Below are positions 17,702-27,376 of a DNA stretch of 64,000 bases, one piece after another. This DNA is from Thermoplasmata archaeon. GTDB taxonomy: Archaea; Thermoplasmatota; E2; JACPAO01; JAHFTW01. The stretch lies in contig JAXDQS010000003.1 in the NCBI GenBank assembly GCA_034667725.1, positions 480,001 to 544,000 of the forward strand. The letters are read 5' to 3'. The notes below the pieces were generated by a model. That model saw nothing but the letters and a program-made list of their open reading frames with translations, did not search any database and was not told the DNA's origin. Positions within the stretch are counted from its first letter, which is position 1. The number at the start of each line of letters is the position of its first letter. The translations under genes and the position numbers were made by a program.

Positions 17702-18961
17702 CTATTGCGGCTGGAGAATTTCCTTGGACGCGTCGATGGACGTCGGAAGCGCAAACTCAGGGGCCGGCTGCATCCTCGCCTTCGCCACCTTGGCCTTGTG
17801 CTGCAGGTCATCGATCGCGTTCATGTGGTTGATGAACGCCATGTAGGGCGAGTCGTAGGGGCTGAAGTAGGCGTGGATGTCGCCGTCGCCCATCCCCTTC
17901 GTGCAGGAGTAGTACAGGTGGTCGCTGGTCTGGAGGCGGCGCCACGCGTGCACCAGGTCCGCGTCGCCGGTGGCGTGGACGTCCCAGGCCATGTTCTTGA
18001 GGCGCTCGAAGCAGAGCTGCTGCATCCGGTTGCCAAGCCAGCCGCTGACGTCGCGCTCGGTGTCGGCCCACGAGATGGCGTGCGGGACCTGCAGTTCGTC
18101 GCGCGCCTCGTGGCGGCCGGCGACCTCGCTCGGGGTGGCGAACCGGAGGTGGGGGTGCTTGAGCACCTCGCCCGGCAAGTGCTCCAGGAACTGGAAGATG
18201 CCGGTCTCGGGCCATTGGTGCTCGCCGAAGGTCTCGTAGTCCATGAACAGGTTGACGGTGTCGCCCTGGGCCTGGGACAGCCAGTCGGCGAACTTGTCGG
18301 CGGTGAGGGGGAAGCCGGCCCAGCCGTGGTTGCTGAAGCGGAACGCGACGTCGTCGCTGAGGCGGTAGTTCTTCAGCAGCACCTTGAGGCCGTCGACGCC
18401 GGCGGGGCGGTAGAGGACGTTGGGGCTGCGGCTGCCGAGGATGCGCTCGGTGCCTTCGGTGAGCATCGCCTTCCACCCCATGCCGGCAACAGTGCGCGCG
18501 ATGCGGTCGTCGTACACCAGCTCGGTGTTGCGGAACACGGTGGGCTGGACGCCGAGGTGGCGTTGCAGCGCGGCGGAGTGGGCCTGGACCTGGGCCTTGA
18601 ACTCGGCCTGGTCGTCCCACAGCGAGGCCATCGAGTGGTAGTAGGTCTCGCCGAGGAACTCGACCTGGCCGGAGTCGGCGAGGTCCACGAACGACTGCAG
18701 CACGTCGGGGCGCTCGTCGGCGATCTGCTCCAGGAACACGCCGCTCAGGGAGTAGGAGGCGCGGAAGGCGCCGTCGGTCTTGCGCACCATCTCCAGGACC
18801 TGCTGGTTGGCGGGCAGGTAGCACTTGCGGCTGGCGCGGTCCAGAATCTCGCGGTTCTTGGCGCGGTCCCAGTAGTCCAGGCCCTTCGGGGCGTCGAACG
18901 ACTGGATGCGGCGCAGGCGGTGCGGCTGGTGGACCTGGAAGTAGAAGCAGACGTCGGTCAT
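17702..18961 (-). CDS. glycoside hydrolase family 57 (alpha-amylase-like)
   Basis: FYFQVHQP; ETYYHS; FRNTEL; LSDDVAFRFS; FMDYETFGEHQW; LQTSDHLYY. Confidence 0.93.
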   Translation of the reverse strand: MTDVCFYFQVHQPHRLRRIQSFDAPKGLDYWDRAKNREILDRASRKCYLPANQQVLEMVRKTDGAFRASYSLSGVFLEQIADERPDVLQSFVDLADSGQVEFLGETYYHSMASLWDDQAEFKAQVQAHSAALQRHLGVQPTVFRNTELVYDDRIARTVAGMGWKAMLTEGTERILGSRSPNVLYRPAGVDGLKVLLKNYRLSDDVAFRFSNHGWAGFPLTADKFADWLSQAQGDTVNLFMDYETFGEHQWPETGIFQFLEHLPGEVLKHPHLRFATPSEVAGRHEARDELQVPHAISWADTERDVSGWLGNRMQQLCFERLKNMAWDVHATGDADLVHAWRRLQTSDHLYYSCTKGMGDGDIHAYFSPYDSPYMAFINHMNAIDDLQHKAKVAKARMQPAPEFALPTSIDASKEILQPQ

Positions 18962-20151
18962 TGGGTTTGGTCTCCTCGAAGGTTTCGGGCGGATCGGTAG
19001 ACGGCGAGGGTCTTGGCGCAGGACTTGTCCCAGGTGAACGAGCGGGCCTCGCGGGCGCCGTTGCGGCCGAGCTCCTCGCGCAGCTCGGGGGAGTCGAGGA
19101 GGCGGACGATCTGGTCGGCCATCTCGTCGGTGTCCCAGTACTCGGCCCGGAGCACGTGCTTGAGCGCCTCGCCGACGCCGCAGGTGCGGCTCACGATGGT
19201 CGGCAGGCCCGTGGCCATGGCCTCCAGGACGCTGATGCCGAACGGCTCGCTGACGCTGGGCAGGACGTAGACCTCGTGGCTTTCGTAGAACGCGGCCTGC
19301 TGCTCCATGTCCACGAAGCCCGTGAAGCGGACGTTGTCGGCGATGCCCTGGTCGAAGGCGTACTCGATGCACTCGCCCAGCATCTCGCCCTTGCCGGCCA
19401 CCACGAAGCGGGTGCCCGGGCGGACCTCCAGCACGCGCTTGGCGGCCTTGAGGAAGTAGAGCGGGCCCTTCTGGCGGCTCAGGCGCGACAGGAACAGCAC
19501 CGAGCCGCGGCCGTCGTGGTAGTCGCGGTCCATGCCGGGCTTGAACTTGGAGAAGTCGACGCCGTTGTGGACCGCGACCACCTTCGAGGGGTCGGCGCCG
19601 TAGGCCTTCTCGACCAGGCCCTTGGTGTAGCGGCTGACGGCGATGACGCGGTCGGCGCCGGCGACCCCGCGCCGCTCGATGTCCTCGATCCACGCCTGCG
19701 GCATGAAGCCGGCGCTGCGGTCGTGCTCGATGCTGTGCACCGTGAACACGAGCGGGATGCCGGTGCGGCGCCGCAGCTCGAGGGCGGCGGGCACGGTGAT
19801 CCAGTCGTGGCAGTGCAGCACGTCGGCGTCGAACGACTTGAACGCGTCCACCAGCCGTTCGTTGTAGAGCATGACGGCGGCGTTGAAGTTCTGCTCGTAG
19901 CGGCGCCCCTTGTCGCGGGTGGAGCCGCCGTAGGGGTCGATGGGCTCGGCCTCGACCTCGACGATGTTGAGGTGGCCGTGGTGGTCCGCGACCCGCAGGC
20001 CGTCGGCCATGGAGGGCATGTGCGGCATGTAGAAGTCGAGCTGGACGCCGATGCGGGCGAGCCCTTGGGTGAGCTCCAGGCAATGGATGCCTAGCCCGCC
20101 TGCCATGAACGGCGGAAACTCCCAGCCCAGCATCGCGACCTTCATGGGCAT
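18958..20151 (-). CDS. GT4 glycogen/alpha-glucan synthase-like glycosyltransferase
   Basis: MLGWEFPPFMAGGLG; HCHDW; VHSIEHDR; PSVSEPFGI. Confidence 0.9.
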   Translation of the reverse strand: MPMKVAMLGWEFPPFMAGGLGIHCLELTQGLARIGVQLDFYMPHMPSMADGLRVADHHGHLNIVEVEAEPIDPYGGSTRDKGRRYEQNFNAAVMLYNERLVDAFKSFDADVLHCHDWITVPAALELRRRTGIPLVFTVHSIEHDRSAGFMPQAWIEDIERRGVAGADRVIAVSRYTKGLVEKAYGADPSKVVAVHNGVDFSKFKPGMDRDYHDGRGSVLFLSRLSRQKGPLYFLKAAKRVLEVRPGTRFVVAGKGEMLGECIEYAFDQGIADNVRFTGFVDMEQQAAFYESHEVYVLPSVSEPFGISVLEAMATGLPTIVSRTCGVGEALKHVLRAEYWDTDEMADQIVRLLDSPELREELGRNGAREARSFTWDKSCAKTLAVYRSARNLRGDQTQ

Positions 20152-22034
20152 CAACGCGTCACAGGGATGCCGGTGGCGGTGGTGGCGCGCACCGGGCGGC
20201 GGGAGTAGGCGTTGACCGTCTCGACGAAGGTGGAGTGGCTCCAGACGAGCGGCGTGACGCTGGTGTGCTGGCCGGTGCGGGCGTCGACCTGCTCGGGCAG
20301 CAGGTCGGTCGGGGAGGCCTGCTTGGCGCACCACTCGATGAGCTCGCGCGCCCGGTCGGCGTTGCCGAGGCGGAGGTGGCACTGGGCCAGCCAGAGGGTG
20401 CAGATAATCCAGGCGTTCTCCTTGCCGTAGTAGACGTCGCCTTCGTAGCGCGCGATGCCGCCGGTGGCCTTGACCCAGAGGCGGTCCTCCACGGCCTTGA
20501 CGACCTGGGCGAAGCGCGGGTCGGTGGTGGGCACGAGGTCCATCAGAAGCGCCAGCAGCGAGGCGGCGTCGATGGTCTCGTCGCGCGGCTCGATCGACTT
20601 GACGAAGGCGTTGCGGCCGGGGTGCCAGAGCTTGGCGAGCGCGGCCTGGTGCATCCGGTGGGCGGCCTCGTTCCAGAAGTCGCTGCGCTTGGCGAGCGCC
20701 TTGCCGATGGTGGCGGCGGCCCGGAGGCCGCGGATGGTGGCGGCGACACTGTAGACGTTGATGGCCTTCTTCTCCTCCCACAGGTCGAAGGTCGGCAGCG
20801 GCAGGCCGTCGGGGCCGGCGTAGCGCATCAGGAAGTCGGCCGCGCCGCGCACCAAGGGCCACGACACCAGCAGCTGGTCGAGGTCGCCGGAGGCCTCGTA
20901 CTCCGCAAGGACGGCGTCCACGACGCTGGCGGTCTGGTCGATCTGCAGGAACGGCGGCGGGTGCCAGGTGGAGCCGAGGTTGCCGTCGGGGAGGTGGCGG
21001 TGCAGGAAGCTGCCGTCGTCCTCCTGGCAGCGCGCCGCCAGGCCGAGGAAGGCTTGCGCGTTGCGGCGCAGCCCGACCTCGCTCATGGCGCGGCTGATGT
21101 AGGCGCCGTCGCGCCACCAGCAGTAGTTGTAGGTGTCGCCGCCCGACTTCAGGGTCCGCGAGTCGGGGCTGGCGATGACGGCGCCGTCGAACGCCTGGCA
21201 TTCGCGCATGACGTAGAGGCTGCGGCGGTACACGGCGCGGGCGCGGGGCGACAGGTCGCCGGCCAGCTCGGGGACGCGGTTGCGGGCCCAGTGGTTGCCG
21301 AAGCCGACGGTCTCGGCGGTGTAGAGCTGCGGGTCGCGGTCGGCGACGTGGCGCTGGAACTCGTTGCTCTCGCGCCGGCTGCCGGCCAAGAGGACCATGA
21401 GGTGCAGGACGCGCTCCTGGCCGCCGGGCAGCTCGACGTTCCACTGCACCACCGAGTCGGCGGCGCCGTGGCTGATGCGGTTGCCCTGGAGCTTGCCGTC
21501 CTCGGCGTCGACGTAGCTGCCGGCGAGGCCCTTGAGGGTGTGCTCGCCGCACGAGACGTCGTCGAAGTCGGGGCGGCCCATCACCTGGAACCAGGTGTCG
21601 CCCTTGTAGTGGGTGACGGAGCGGCGCTCGGCGTCCCAGTACGCGGTGCCTTGGTACAGGGTGCCGCCGATGTTGAGGCTCTGGTAGTGGAACACCCGGA
21701 GCCGGCGCGGCTTGTCGCCCGGGTTCCGGACCGTGATGCGGCGGATGATGAGGTCCAGGTTCGGGTGGACCATGTCGTCGAGCGTGATGTGGACCCCGAG
21801 GCGCTGCAGCCGGGTGCGGGTGGCCCCCGACTCCTCCAGGTAGCCCATCTCCAGCGGCGCCTCGCCGCCTTGGTCCACCCAGCTGAACGAGTCGGTGTCG
21901 GCGTCGAACAGGCCGACGCGGGCCTGCTGGAGCTGCTGGTGCAGGCCGGGGCGCGGGTAGTAGAGCTGGGCCCAGCTGCCCCGTTCGTCGACGGTGAGCA
22001 GGATGCGGGAGTTGCCGGAGGTGAGGGAGATCAT
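20151..22034 (-). CDS. glycoside hydrolase family 15 (glucoamylase-like)
   Basis: YNYCWWRDG; QIDQT; DLWEE; GIARYEGD; LLPEQV; PLVWSH. Confidence 0.93.
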   Translation of the reverse strand: MISLTSGNSRILLTVDERGSWAQLYYPRPGLHQQLQQARVGLFDADTDSFSWVDQGGEAPLEMGYLEESGATRTRLQRLGVHITLDDMVHPNLDLIIRRITVRNPGDKPRRLRVFHYQSLNIGGTLYQGTAYWDAERRSVTHYKGDTWFQVMGRPDFDDVSCGEHTLKGLAGSYVDAEDGKLQGNRISHGAADSVVQWNVELPGGQERVLHLMVLLAGSRRESNEFQRHVADRDPQLYTAETVGFGNHWARNRVPELAGDLSPRARAVYRRSLYVMRECQAFDGAVIASPDSRTLKSGGDTYNYCWWRDGAYISRAMSEVGLRRNAQAFLGLAARCQEDDGSFLHRHLPDGNLGSTWHPPPFLQIDQTASVVDAVLAEYEASGDLDQLLVSWPLVRGAADFLMRYAGPDGLPLPTFDLWEEKKAINVYSVAATIRGLRAAATIGKALAKRSDFWNEAAHRMHQAALAKLWHPGRNAFVKSIEPRDETIDAASLLALLMDLVPTTDPRFAQVVKAVEDRLWVKATGGIARYEGDVYYGKENAWIICTLWLAQCHLRLGNADRARELIEWCAKQASPTDLLPEQVDARTGQHTSVTPLVWSHSTFVETVNAYSRRPVRATTATGIPVTR

Positions 22035-22073
22035 GGGGCACCGAACCTGGGAGGAAGGGATGGAGGAAGGGGA

Positions 22074-23054
22074 TCAGGCGACTTGCCGCGCCGTCGGCGG
22101 CAGCCCCGACGCGCTGGTGACGTACTTGGTCGCCACCCGGTGCGCGAGGCGCAGCCGGTCCCGGTCGGGGACCGCCAGGAGCTGGCCGGCGAGGTTGCCT
22201 GCGTTCCAGGCGTCGCCGGCGCCGGTGAGCCGGCGGCCGGGCGTCGCGGAGGCGGGGACGGTGACGGCGCCGTCGGGGCCGACGCTCGCGGCCCATTGGC
22301 GGGTGTGGACGTCGAGGCGGACGCCGAGGCGCTCGGACAGCTCGGCGGCGGCCCCCATCGGGTCGCGGCCGGCCTCGGTGCCGGCGTAGGCCGCCAGCTC
22401 GTTCTCGTTCATGCCGAACGAGCCGACGCCGCGCCACAGCGGGCCTGGGCGGACGAGCTGCTGGGCGTCGGCGGCGCGGTGGCGCGGGTCGCCGGTGTCG
22501 AGGTACACGAAGGTGCCGTGGCGGCCGAGGCGGTCGGCGACGGTGCGCAAGAGCGGGGTGCCGTGCGCGTTCTGGGACCAGTTGACGACGGCGACGGCGT
22601 CGGCCTCCTCCATGAGGGCCCAGTCCTCCTCCTGGAGGCGGCGCGGGCCGAAGTCGGCAAGCGGGCCGGCGTGGCTAAGCATGACGTTGGCGTCGGCGCA
22701 CTCCAGGCCAAGCGTGACCGAGGAGCGTTTGCCGGTGCGGACGCGGGAGGTGCCGAGCTTGGTGCCCTTGGCGGCCTGCTGCAGCAGGCGGGCGCCGAGC
22801 GCGTCGGTCTCCGCGATCAGCTCGACCTGGGCGCCGAGGCGGGCCAAGGCGAGGGCGAGGTTGGCCGCGTTGCCGCCGAGCTTGAGGTGGACGGGCCCGA
22901 TCGGCAGGTTGCCGCCGCCGCGGCCGGCGATCTCGTGGAGGCGCGCCCCCGTCTCGCCCCAGGCCGGCAGCGGTGCCAGGGCGTCGATGTAGAGGTCGGG
23001 CAGCACCACGACGCGGCGGCGGCGCAGCTTCGACAAGGGGACGGCCACGGGCAT
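22074..23054 (-). CDS. PfkB-family carbohydrate kinase
   Basis: GGNAANLA; NENEL; TGAGDAWNAG. Confidence 0.88.
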   Translation of the reverse strand: MPVAVPLSKLRRRRVVVLPDLYIDALAPLPAWGETGARLHEIAGRGGGNLPIGPVHLKLGGNAANLALALARLGAQVELIAETDALGARLLQQAAKGTKLGTSRVRTGKRSSVTLGLECADANVMLSHAGPLADFGPRRLQEEDWALMEEADAVAVVNWSQNAHGTPLLRTVADRLGRHGTFVYLDTGDPRHRAADAQQLVRPGPLWRGVGSFGMNENELAAYAGTEAGRDPMGAAAELSERLGVRLDVHTRQWAASVGPDGAVTVPASATPGRRLTGAGDAWNAGNLAGQLLAVPDRDRLRLAHRVATKYVTSASGLPPTARQVA

Positions 23055-23057
23055 CCC

Positions 23058-23384
23058 TCACTGGCGCGGCGCGAACGGCGACTCCGGCGGCAGCAGGTAG
23101 ACGACCGCGTCGGTGCGCCAGACCTGGAAGCCGTACTCGCGGGCGTAGTCGCGCAGCAGCATCTGGTTGCGCTCCTCGGAGCGGTCGGCCTGCATCCGCA
23201 TCGACGACCGCAGGCAGCGGGGGCAGACGTGGATCTGCTCGCCGGACTGCTCGTGGGCCAATTGGACGCCGGGCTCGCCGTGGCAGCAGGCGCACGCCGG
23301 CGCCTCGCCGGGCGTCCGGGCGCGCAGCACCGGGCGCCGCGCCGCTTGGCGTTCGGCGCCGACTGTGGACGGGGGCATGGACAT
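23058..23384 (-). CDS. small zinc-finger protein
   Basis: CACC...CPRC; CCCTCAAG box 24 nt upstream of ATG 23384. Confidence 0.6.
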   Translation of the reverse strand: MSMPPSTVGAERQAARRPVLRARTPGEAPACACCHGEPGVQLAHEQSGEQIHVCPRCLRSSMRMQADRSEERNQMLLRDYAREYGFQVWRTDAVVYLLPPESPFAPRQ

Positions 23385-23524
23385 GGGGTGGCGATGGCCA
23401 CCGCGCCTCTTGAGGGGCGGGGTCGCGTCAACCATCTGGCGAAAAGAAATGTTGCCCGAGCCCCGTTTGGAATGCTGGCCGCGGAATCCGCGGGTTTTCC
23501 TGAACTACGGGGTGGAATGCGCGG

Positions 23525-24523
23525 TCAGGCTGCCTTCGAGCCGGGGCGGGCGGGCTGCAGCGACAGCCGCTGCTGCATCGTCAGCACGGGCGCGAACAGG
23601 TCGCCAAGCTTCTCGGCGCGGCGCACGGCGTCGTCGGGCCCGAACCGGAACCCCTCCGGGTCGCCGCGGCGGCGCAGCCGCTCCAGCTCCGGCCAACTGA
23701 GAGGAACGGAGACAGACGGCTCGGGACGGCCGCGCAACGAATAGACGCAGACCGTGGTCTTGTGGGTGTCGTTCTGGCTCCAGTCCACCAAGACCTTGTG
23801 GGCCCGGAGCGCCTTGCGCATGTTCGAGGTCACAAGCTCCGGCAGGGCTGCCTCCAAGGCCTCGGCCACGCGGCGGGCGAACGGCTTGGTCTGCGCGTAG
23901 GTCATGGGCGTGTTGAGCGGCGCGTACACCTGGATGCCTTTGGCGCCCGACACCTTCGGGAAGCACTCCAGGCCCAGGTGCCCGAGCGCTGCGCGGACGG
24001 CCTCGGCGACCTCGGCGCACTCCAGCACGCCGGCGCCCTCCCCCGGGTCGAGGTCGAAGGCGAGCGTGGTCGGGCGGTCGGTGTCGCGGAAGGTGCAGAG
24101 GTAGGTGTGCAGCTCCAGGTCGGCGGCGTTGGCGAGCCACACCAGGTCCGCCAGCGAATCCGCCATGCAGAACTCGATGTCGGCGCCGCGGGTCTCCGAG
24201 TACCAGTTCGTCGTCGGCAGCCACTCGGGGCGGTGCGCGGGGCACTCCTTCTGGTAGAAGAACGGGGCCTCGACGCCGTTGGGGTAGCGCTTGAGGCTCA
24301 AGGGGCGCCCGGCCAGGTGCGGCAGCAGCCACGGCGAGATCCGGACGTAGTAGTCGATGAGCTCGCGCTTGGTGAACCCCGTCTTGGGATACATCACCTT
24401 GTCCAGGTTGGTGAGCTGGAGACGGCGCCCCTCGACCTCGACCTCGAGCGCCTGCTTGCCCGCCCGCGCGACCGCGGCGTGCATCGCCTTGGCCGGGTCC
24501 TTCGTGCCGGCCATCGGCCTCAC
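23525..24523 (-). CDS. ligD: NHEJ primase-polymerase (stand-alone LigD Pol domain)
   Basis: LTNLDKVMYP; RYPNGV..FYQK; FDLDPG; SGAKGIQVY; VDWSQN...YSLR...VSVPLSW. Confidence 0.93.
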   Translation of the reverse strand: MRPMAGTKDPAKAMHAAVARAGKQALEVEVEGRRLQLTNLDKVMYPKTGFTKRELIDYYVRISPWLLPHLAGRPLSLKRYPNGVEAPFFYQKECPAHRPEWLPTTNWYSETRGADIEFCMADSLADLVWLANAADLELHTYLCTFRDTDRPTTLAFDLDPGEGAGVLECAEVAEAVRAALGHLGLECFPKVSGAKGIQVYAPLNTPMTYAQTKPFARRVAEALEAALPELVTSNMRKALRAHKVLVDWSQNDTHKTTVCVYSLRGRPEPSVSVPLSWPELERLRRRGDPEGFRFGPDDAVRRAEKLGDLFAPVLTMQQRLSLQPARPGSKAA

Positions 24524-25323
24524 GCCGCCGCCTTGGCCTTGCCCCTGACCTTCTTGAGCGACTTCTCCAGCGCGGTCACCAGGTCGATGGCGGGTGCCGC
24601 CGACTCGGGCGTGGGCTCGGCGACGATGTCGTGCCCCTTCGCCTTCTGCTCGATGAGCGCCATGAGCTTGTCGCGGTGCTCGTTGCGGTACTTCTGCGGG
24701 TCGAACTCCGCGCTCAGGCCCGCGATCAGCTGCTCCGCCAGCTTGAGCTGCTTGGCGTCGACGTGGCTCTTGCCCGCCTGCCTCGCCTCGGCGGCGATGC
24801 CCTCGGGCGGCACGACCTCCTCCTGGAAGCGCATGGTCTCCAGCATCAGGATGTCGCCTTGGACGCGGATGGCCACGAGGTGCTCCTTGTCGTGCATGAC
24901 CATGCGGCCGATGCCGACGCGCCCCGACTTGTCCAAGGCCGCGCGCAGCAGCTGGTAGGCAGCACCCGCGTTCTTGTCGGGCAGCAGGTAGTAGGGCTTC
25001 TCGTAGTAGACCGGGTCGATCTGCTCCGACGCCACGAACTCCTGCAGCTCGATGCTGCGGGTCGCCTCGGGGTCGGCGGCCGCCAACTCCTTTTCGGTGA
25101 AGGTGACGTGGCTGCCGCGGGTGTACTCGTAGCCCTTGACGATCTCCTCGCCGGGGACCTCGTCGCCGTGCTTGGCGCAGACCCGCTTGAACTTGATGCG
25201 GGCACCGTCGGCGGCGTGCAGCATATGGAAGCGGACGTCCTTGTCCGTCACCGCGGTCACGAGCTTGACCGGGATGTTCACGAGGCCGAGGCTGATGGCT
25301 CCGCTCCAGACTGCGCGCGCCAT
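24520..25323 (-). CDS. ku: Ku DNA end-binding protein
   Basis: RAVWSGAISLGLVNIPVKL; IVKGYEY; IDPVYYEKPYYL; GGAGGTGA SD. Confidence 0.95.
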   Translation of the reverse strand: MARAVWSGAISLGLVNIPVKLVTAVTDKDVRFHMLHAADGARIKFKRVCAKHGDEVPGEEIVKGYEYTRGSHVTFTEKELAAADPEATRSIELQEFVASEQIDPVYYEKPYYLLPDKNAGAAYQLLRAALDKSGRVGIGRMVMHDKEHLVAIRVQGDILMLETMRFQEEVVPPEGIAAEARQAGKSHVDAKQLKLAEQLIAGLSAEFDPQKYRNEHRDKLMALIEQKAKGHDIVAEPTPESAAPAIDLVTALEKSLKKVRGKAKAAA

Positions 25324-26297
25324 GGCTTCACCTCCGCCTGCTCCCACACGACCTCGGTCGCGGGCTTGTCGTTCCTCAGTCCTTTGAAGCTGGCCTGGAA
25401 CAGCAGGCCAAGAGGTGTCAGGTTCGAGAACTCCACTTCACACACCATCCTTGGGTCCACCCAGTGGACGTCGGGCTCCTCCTCTTCCAAACGGGCGCCG
25501 AACGGGCAGCCCAGCACCGGGATCGCTTGCAGCCGCGCCAGCAGCCTGGCGCCGTCGGCGCCGCCGAAGCCCGTGCCGACCTTCCCCACGTAGCGCAGGG
25601 TGCCGCCGGGCCGGTCGTGGTGGCCGACCAGGAGGTTGCCGATGGCGCCGGCGCGGGCGCCCTGCCCCTCCTTCCAGCCGCCGATGACGAACTCCTGGCG
25701 CAAGCGGTTGCGAATCTTGAGCCACGACGGGCTGCGCCGGCCGGAAAGGTACGGGCTCGCGAGCCGCTTGGCCACGATGCCCTCCAGGCCCATGGCGCGG
25801 CTGACCTGGAGCATCGCGTCGCCGACGCCGACGTGGCTCGGCGGCGTGCTCCAGTTGGCGCCCTGGAGCGCAAGCGACTCCAACGCCGCGCGCCGCTCGG
25901 TGTACGGCAGCTGCGTCAGGTCCGTGCCGCGCAGCCGCAGCACGTCGAAGGCGAAGTAGTGCACCGGGTTCGACGCGACCTGGCGCTGGACGTCACCGGG
26001 GTCCAGGAGGCCCAGCCGGCGCTGCATCCGCGGGAAGCTCGGGCGGCCGTGCGCGTCGAGCGCCACGACCTCGCCGTCCACGACGGTGCGCGCCGGCAGC
26101 TGCCGGGCCATCGGCTGCAGCTCCGGGAACGTGTGCGTCACGTCGTTGCCGTTGCGGCTCCAGACCCGCATCCGGCCGCCGTCCCGGCTGGCCAGGGCGC
26201 GCACGCCGTCCCATTTGTACTCGAAGGCGAACTCCAGGGGGCGCTCCGGCAGCGTGGCAGGCGTTGCCAGCATGGGCGGCACCCAGTCGTCCGGCAT
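25278..26297 (-). CDS. ligD: ATP-dependent DNA ligase (stand-alone LigD ligase domain)
   Basis: PMLA; EYKWDGVR; SRNG; DGEVV; FDVL; EGIVAKR; YLSGRRS..WLK; YVGKVGTGF; FKGLRNDK. Confidence 0.93.
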   Translation of the reverse strand: MPDDWVPPMLATPATLPERPLEFAFEYKWDGVRALASRDGGRMRVWSRNGNDVTHTFPELQPMARQLPARTVVDGEVVALDAHGRPSFPRMQRRLGLLDPGDVQRQVASNPVHYFAFDVLRLRGTDLTQLPYTERRAALESLALQGANWSTPPSHVGVGDAMLQVSRAMGLEGIVAKRLASPYLSGRRSPSWLKIRNRLRQEFVIGGWKEGQGARAGAIGNLLVGHHDRPGGTLRYVGKVGTGFGGADGARLLARLQAIPVLGCPFGARLEEEEPDVHWVDPRMVCEVEFSNLTPLGLLFQASFKGLRNDKPATEVVWEQAEVKPWRAQSGAEPSASAS

Positions 26298-26336
26298 GGA
26301 TGCCCCGGTTCTGTCCCTGCTGCCTATTAGATTGTT

Positions 26337-26421
26337 CGGGGAATGGCGGCTTTCGCACGGTTGTCCCGCCGAGGACGACCCGCATCGGCGGTGCTTTGCC
26401 GCCCTTCCCGTGGGCAAGGGA
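26337..26421. ncRNA. candidate structured RNA (nested stems plus possible pseudoknot), family not recognised
   Basis: Complementary pairs GGGAA/TTCCC, GGCGGC/GCCGCC, GCAC/GTGC, GGTTGTCC/GGACGACC and CGCCGA/TCGGCG. Confidence 0.45.
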
Positions 26422-26519
26422 TATGGTTCCGTCCAGACAGAAAGCCACTTGATGCCGTGCAACGCCAAACCCGCAAGGTCTGGCTGCGCCCGTCCGGCAG
26501 AACGCCTGGATGGATCCCC

Positions 26520-27029
26520 ATGAAGCCCCACAACCCCCGACCCGCCGCGGCCCACAACCTGACGCCGCCCTACATGCCCCAGGCCGACCTGGACTATGAA
26601 GAAGGGTTCCGCGCCCTGGTCGCGATCGAGGCAGAGATGATGGTGCAGGGCGTGTCCGCCGAGCGGCTGCTGCGCCGCGGCCACGCGCGCTTCGCCCTTG
26701 GCAACTTCCTGGCCGCCGCCTTCGACGCCGAGCGCGCCATCCGCATGGACCCGCACAACCCCGAGGGCGACTACCTGAAGGGCCAGGCGTTCCTGGCGAT
26801 GGCCGCCGTCAAGCACGGGGTCGCCCGCCCCGCCATCGGCACCGGCCTGCCCAAGAAGGCGCTGCCGCCGCGCCGCCACCTGCTGCTCACGGCCCGCAAC
26901 TGCTTCCAGCGGGTGCTGGCCCTCAACCCGGACGACCCGCAGGCCCGCAAGGCGCTCCGGGCCACCCGCGCCATCCTGGCCGACCTGGCCGCCCACCCGG
27001 ACGCCCAGTCCCCGCCCCAGGCCGAGTAG
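26520..27029 (+). CDS. TPR-repeat protein
   Basis: RGHARFALGNFLAAAFDAERAIRMDP; ARNCFQRVLALNPDDPQA; start could be 26573. Confidence 0.75.
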   Translation: MKPHNPRPAAAHNLTPPYMPQADLDYEEGFRALVAIEAEMMVQGVSAERLLRRGHARFALGNFLAAAFDAERAIRMDPHNPEGDYLKGQAFLAMAAVKHGVARPAIGTGLPKKALPPRRHLLLTARNCFQRVLALNPDDPQARKALRATRAILADLAAHPDAQSPPQAE

Positions 27030-27112
27030 CCGGGTCCGGGCCGCCCGGATGCCAACCCTGAGGCCTTGGAGCGTCGAGAAACTCCATGAAGCGCCCCACT
27101 GGAGGCGACCCT

Positions 27113-27376
27113 ATGACAGGTGATTTTGATGCCGCAGCCCAACCCCACCGGCCCCGCAAGCCGGACTTCCCGCACTTCGCGCCGGACGAGCCGGAGCGAC
27201 CGGACCACATCCCGCAGCCGAGCCCCCGCGACCCCGAGCCGCCAGGGCCGCTCCCGAGCCGCCCGCTCCGGCACGGCAAGCCCGGCCAGCCGGACGACGA
27301 CACGCCCGTCCCGCCCCCGCAAAAGCCGGACGAGCCCAACCCCGGCGAGCCCGCGCAAGGCATCGCGTCCCCGTGA
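27113..27376 (+). CDS. possible Pro/Asp-rich small protein overlapping the 5' part of the hemerythrin gene
   Basis: GGAGG upstream; almost all codons end in G/C after codon 10. Confidence 0.4.
   Translation: MTGDFDAAAQPHRPRKPDFPHFAPDEPERPDHIPQPSPRDPEPPGPLPSRPLRHGKPGQPDDDTPVPPPQKPDEPNPGEPAQGIASP

Noticed and set aside
20235-23744. Very long ORFs (for example 1169 aa at 20235-23744 and others in the track)
   Set aside because: Antisense or shifted shadow frames of real high-GC genes; R/A/G/P-rich with no motifs
26337-26421. Assignment as c-di-GMP riboswitch, HDV-like, twister or hammerhead ribozyme
   Set aside because: Partial motif resemblance only; required conserved cores and stem order not found by eye, so left unassigned
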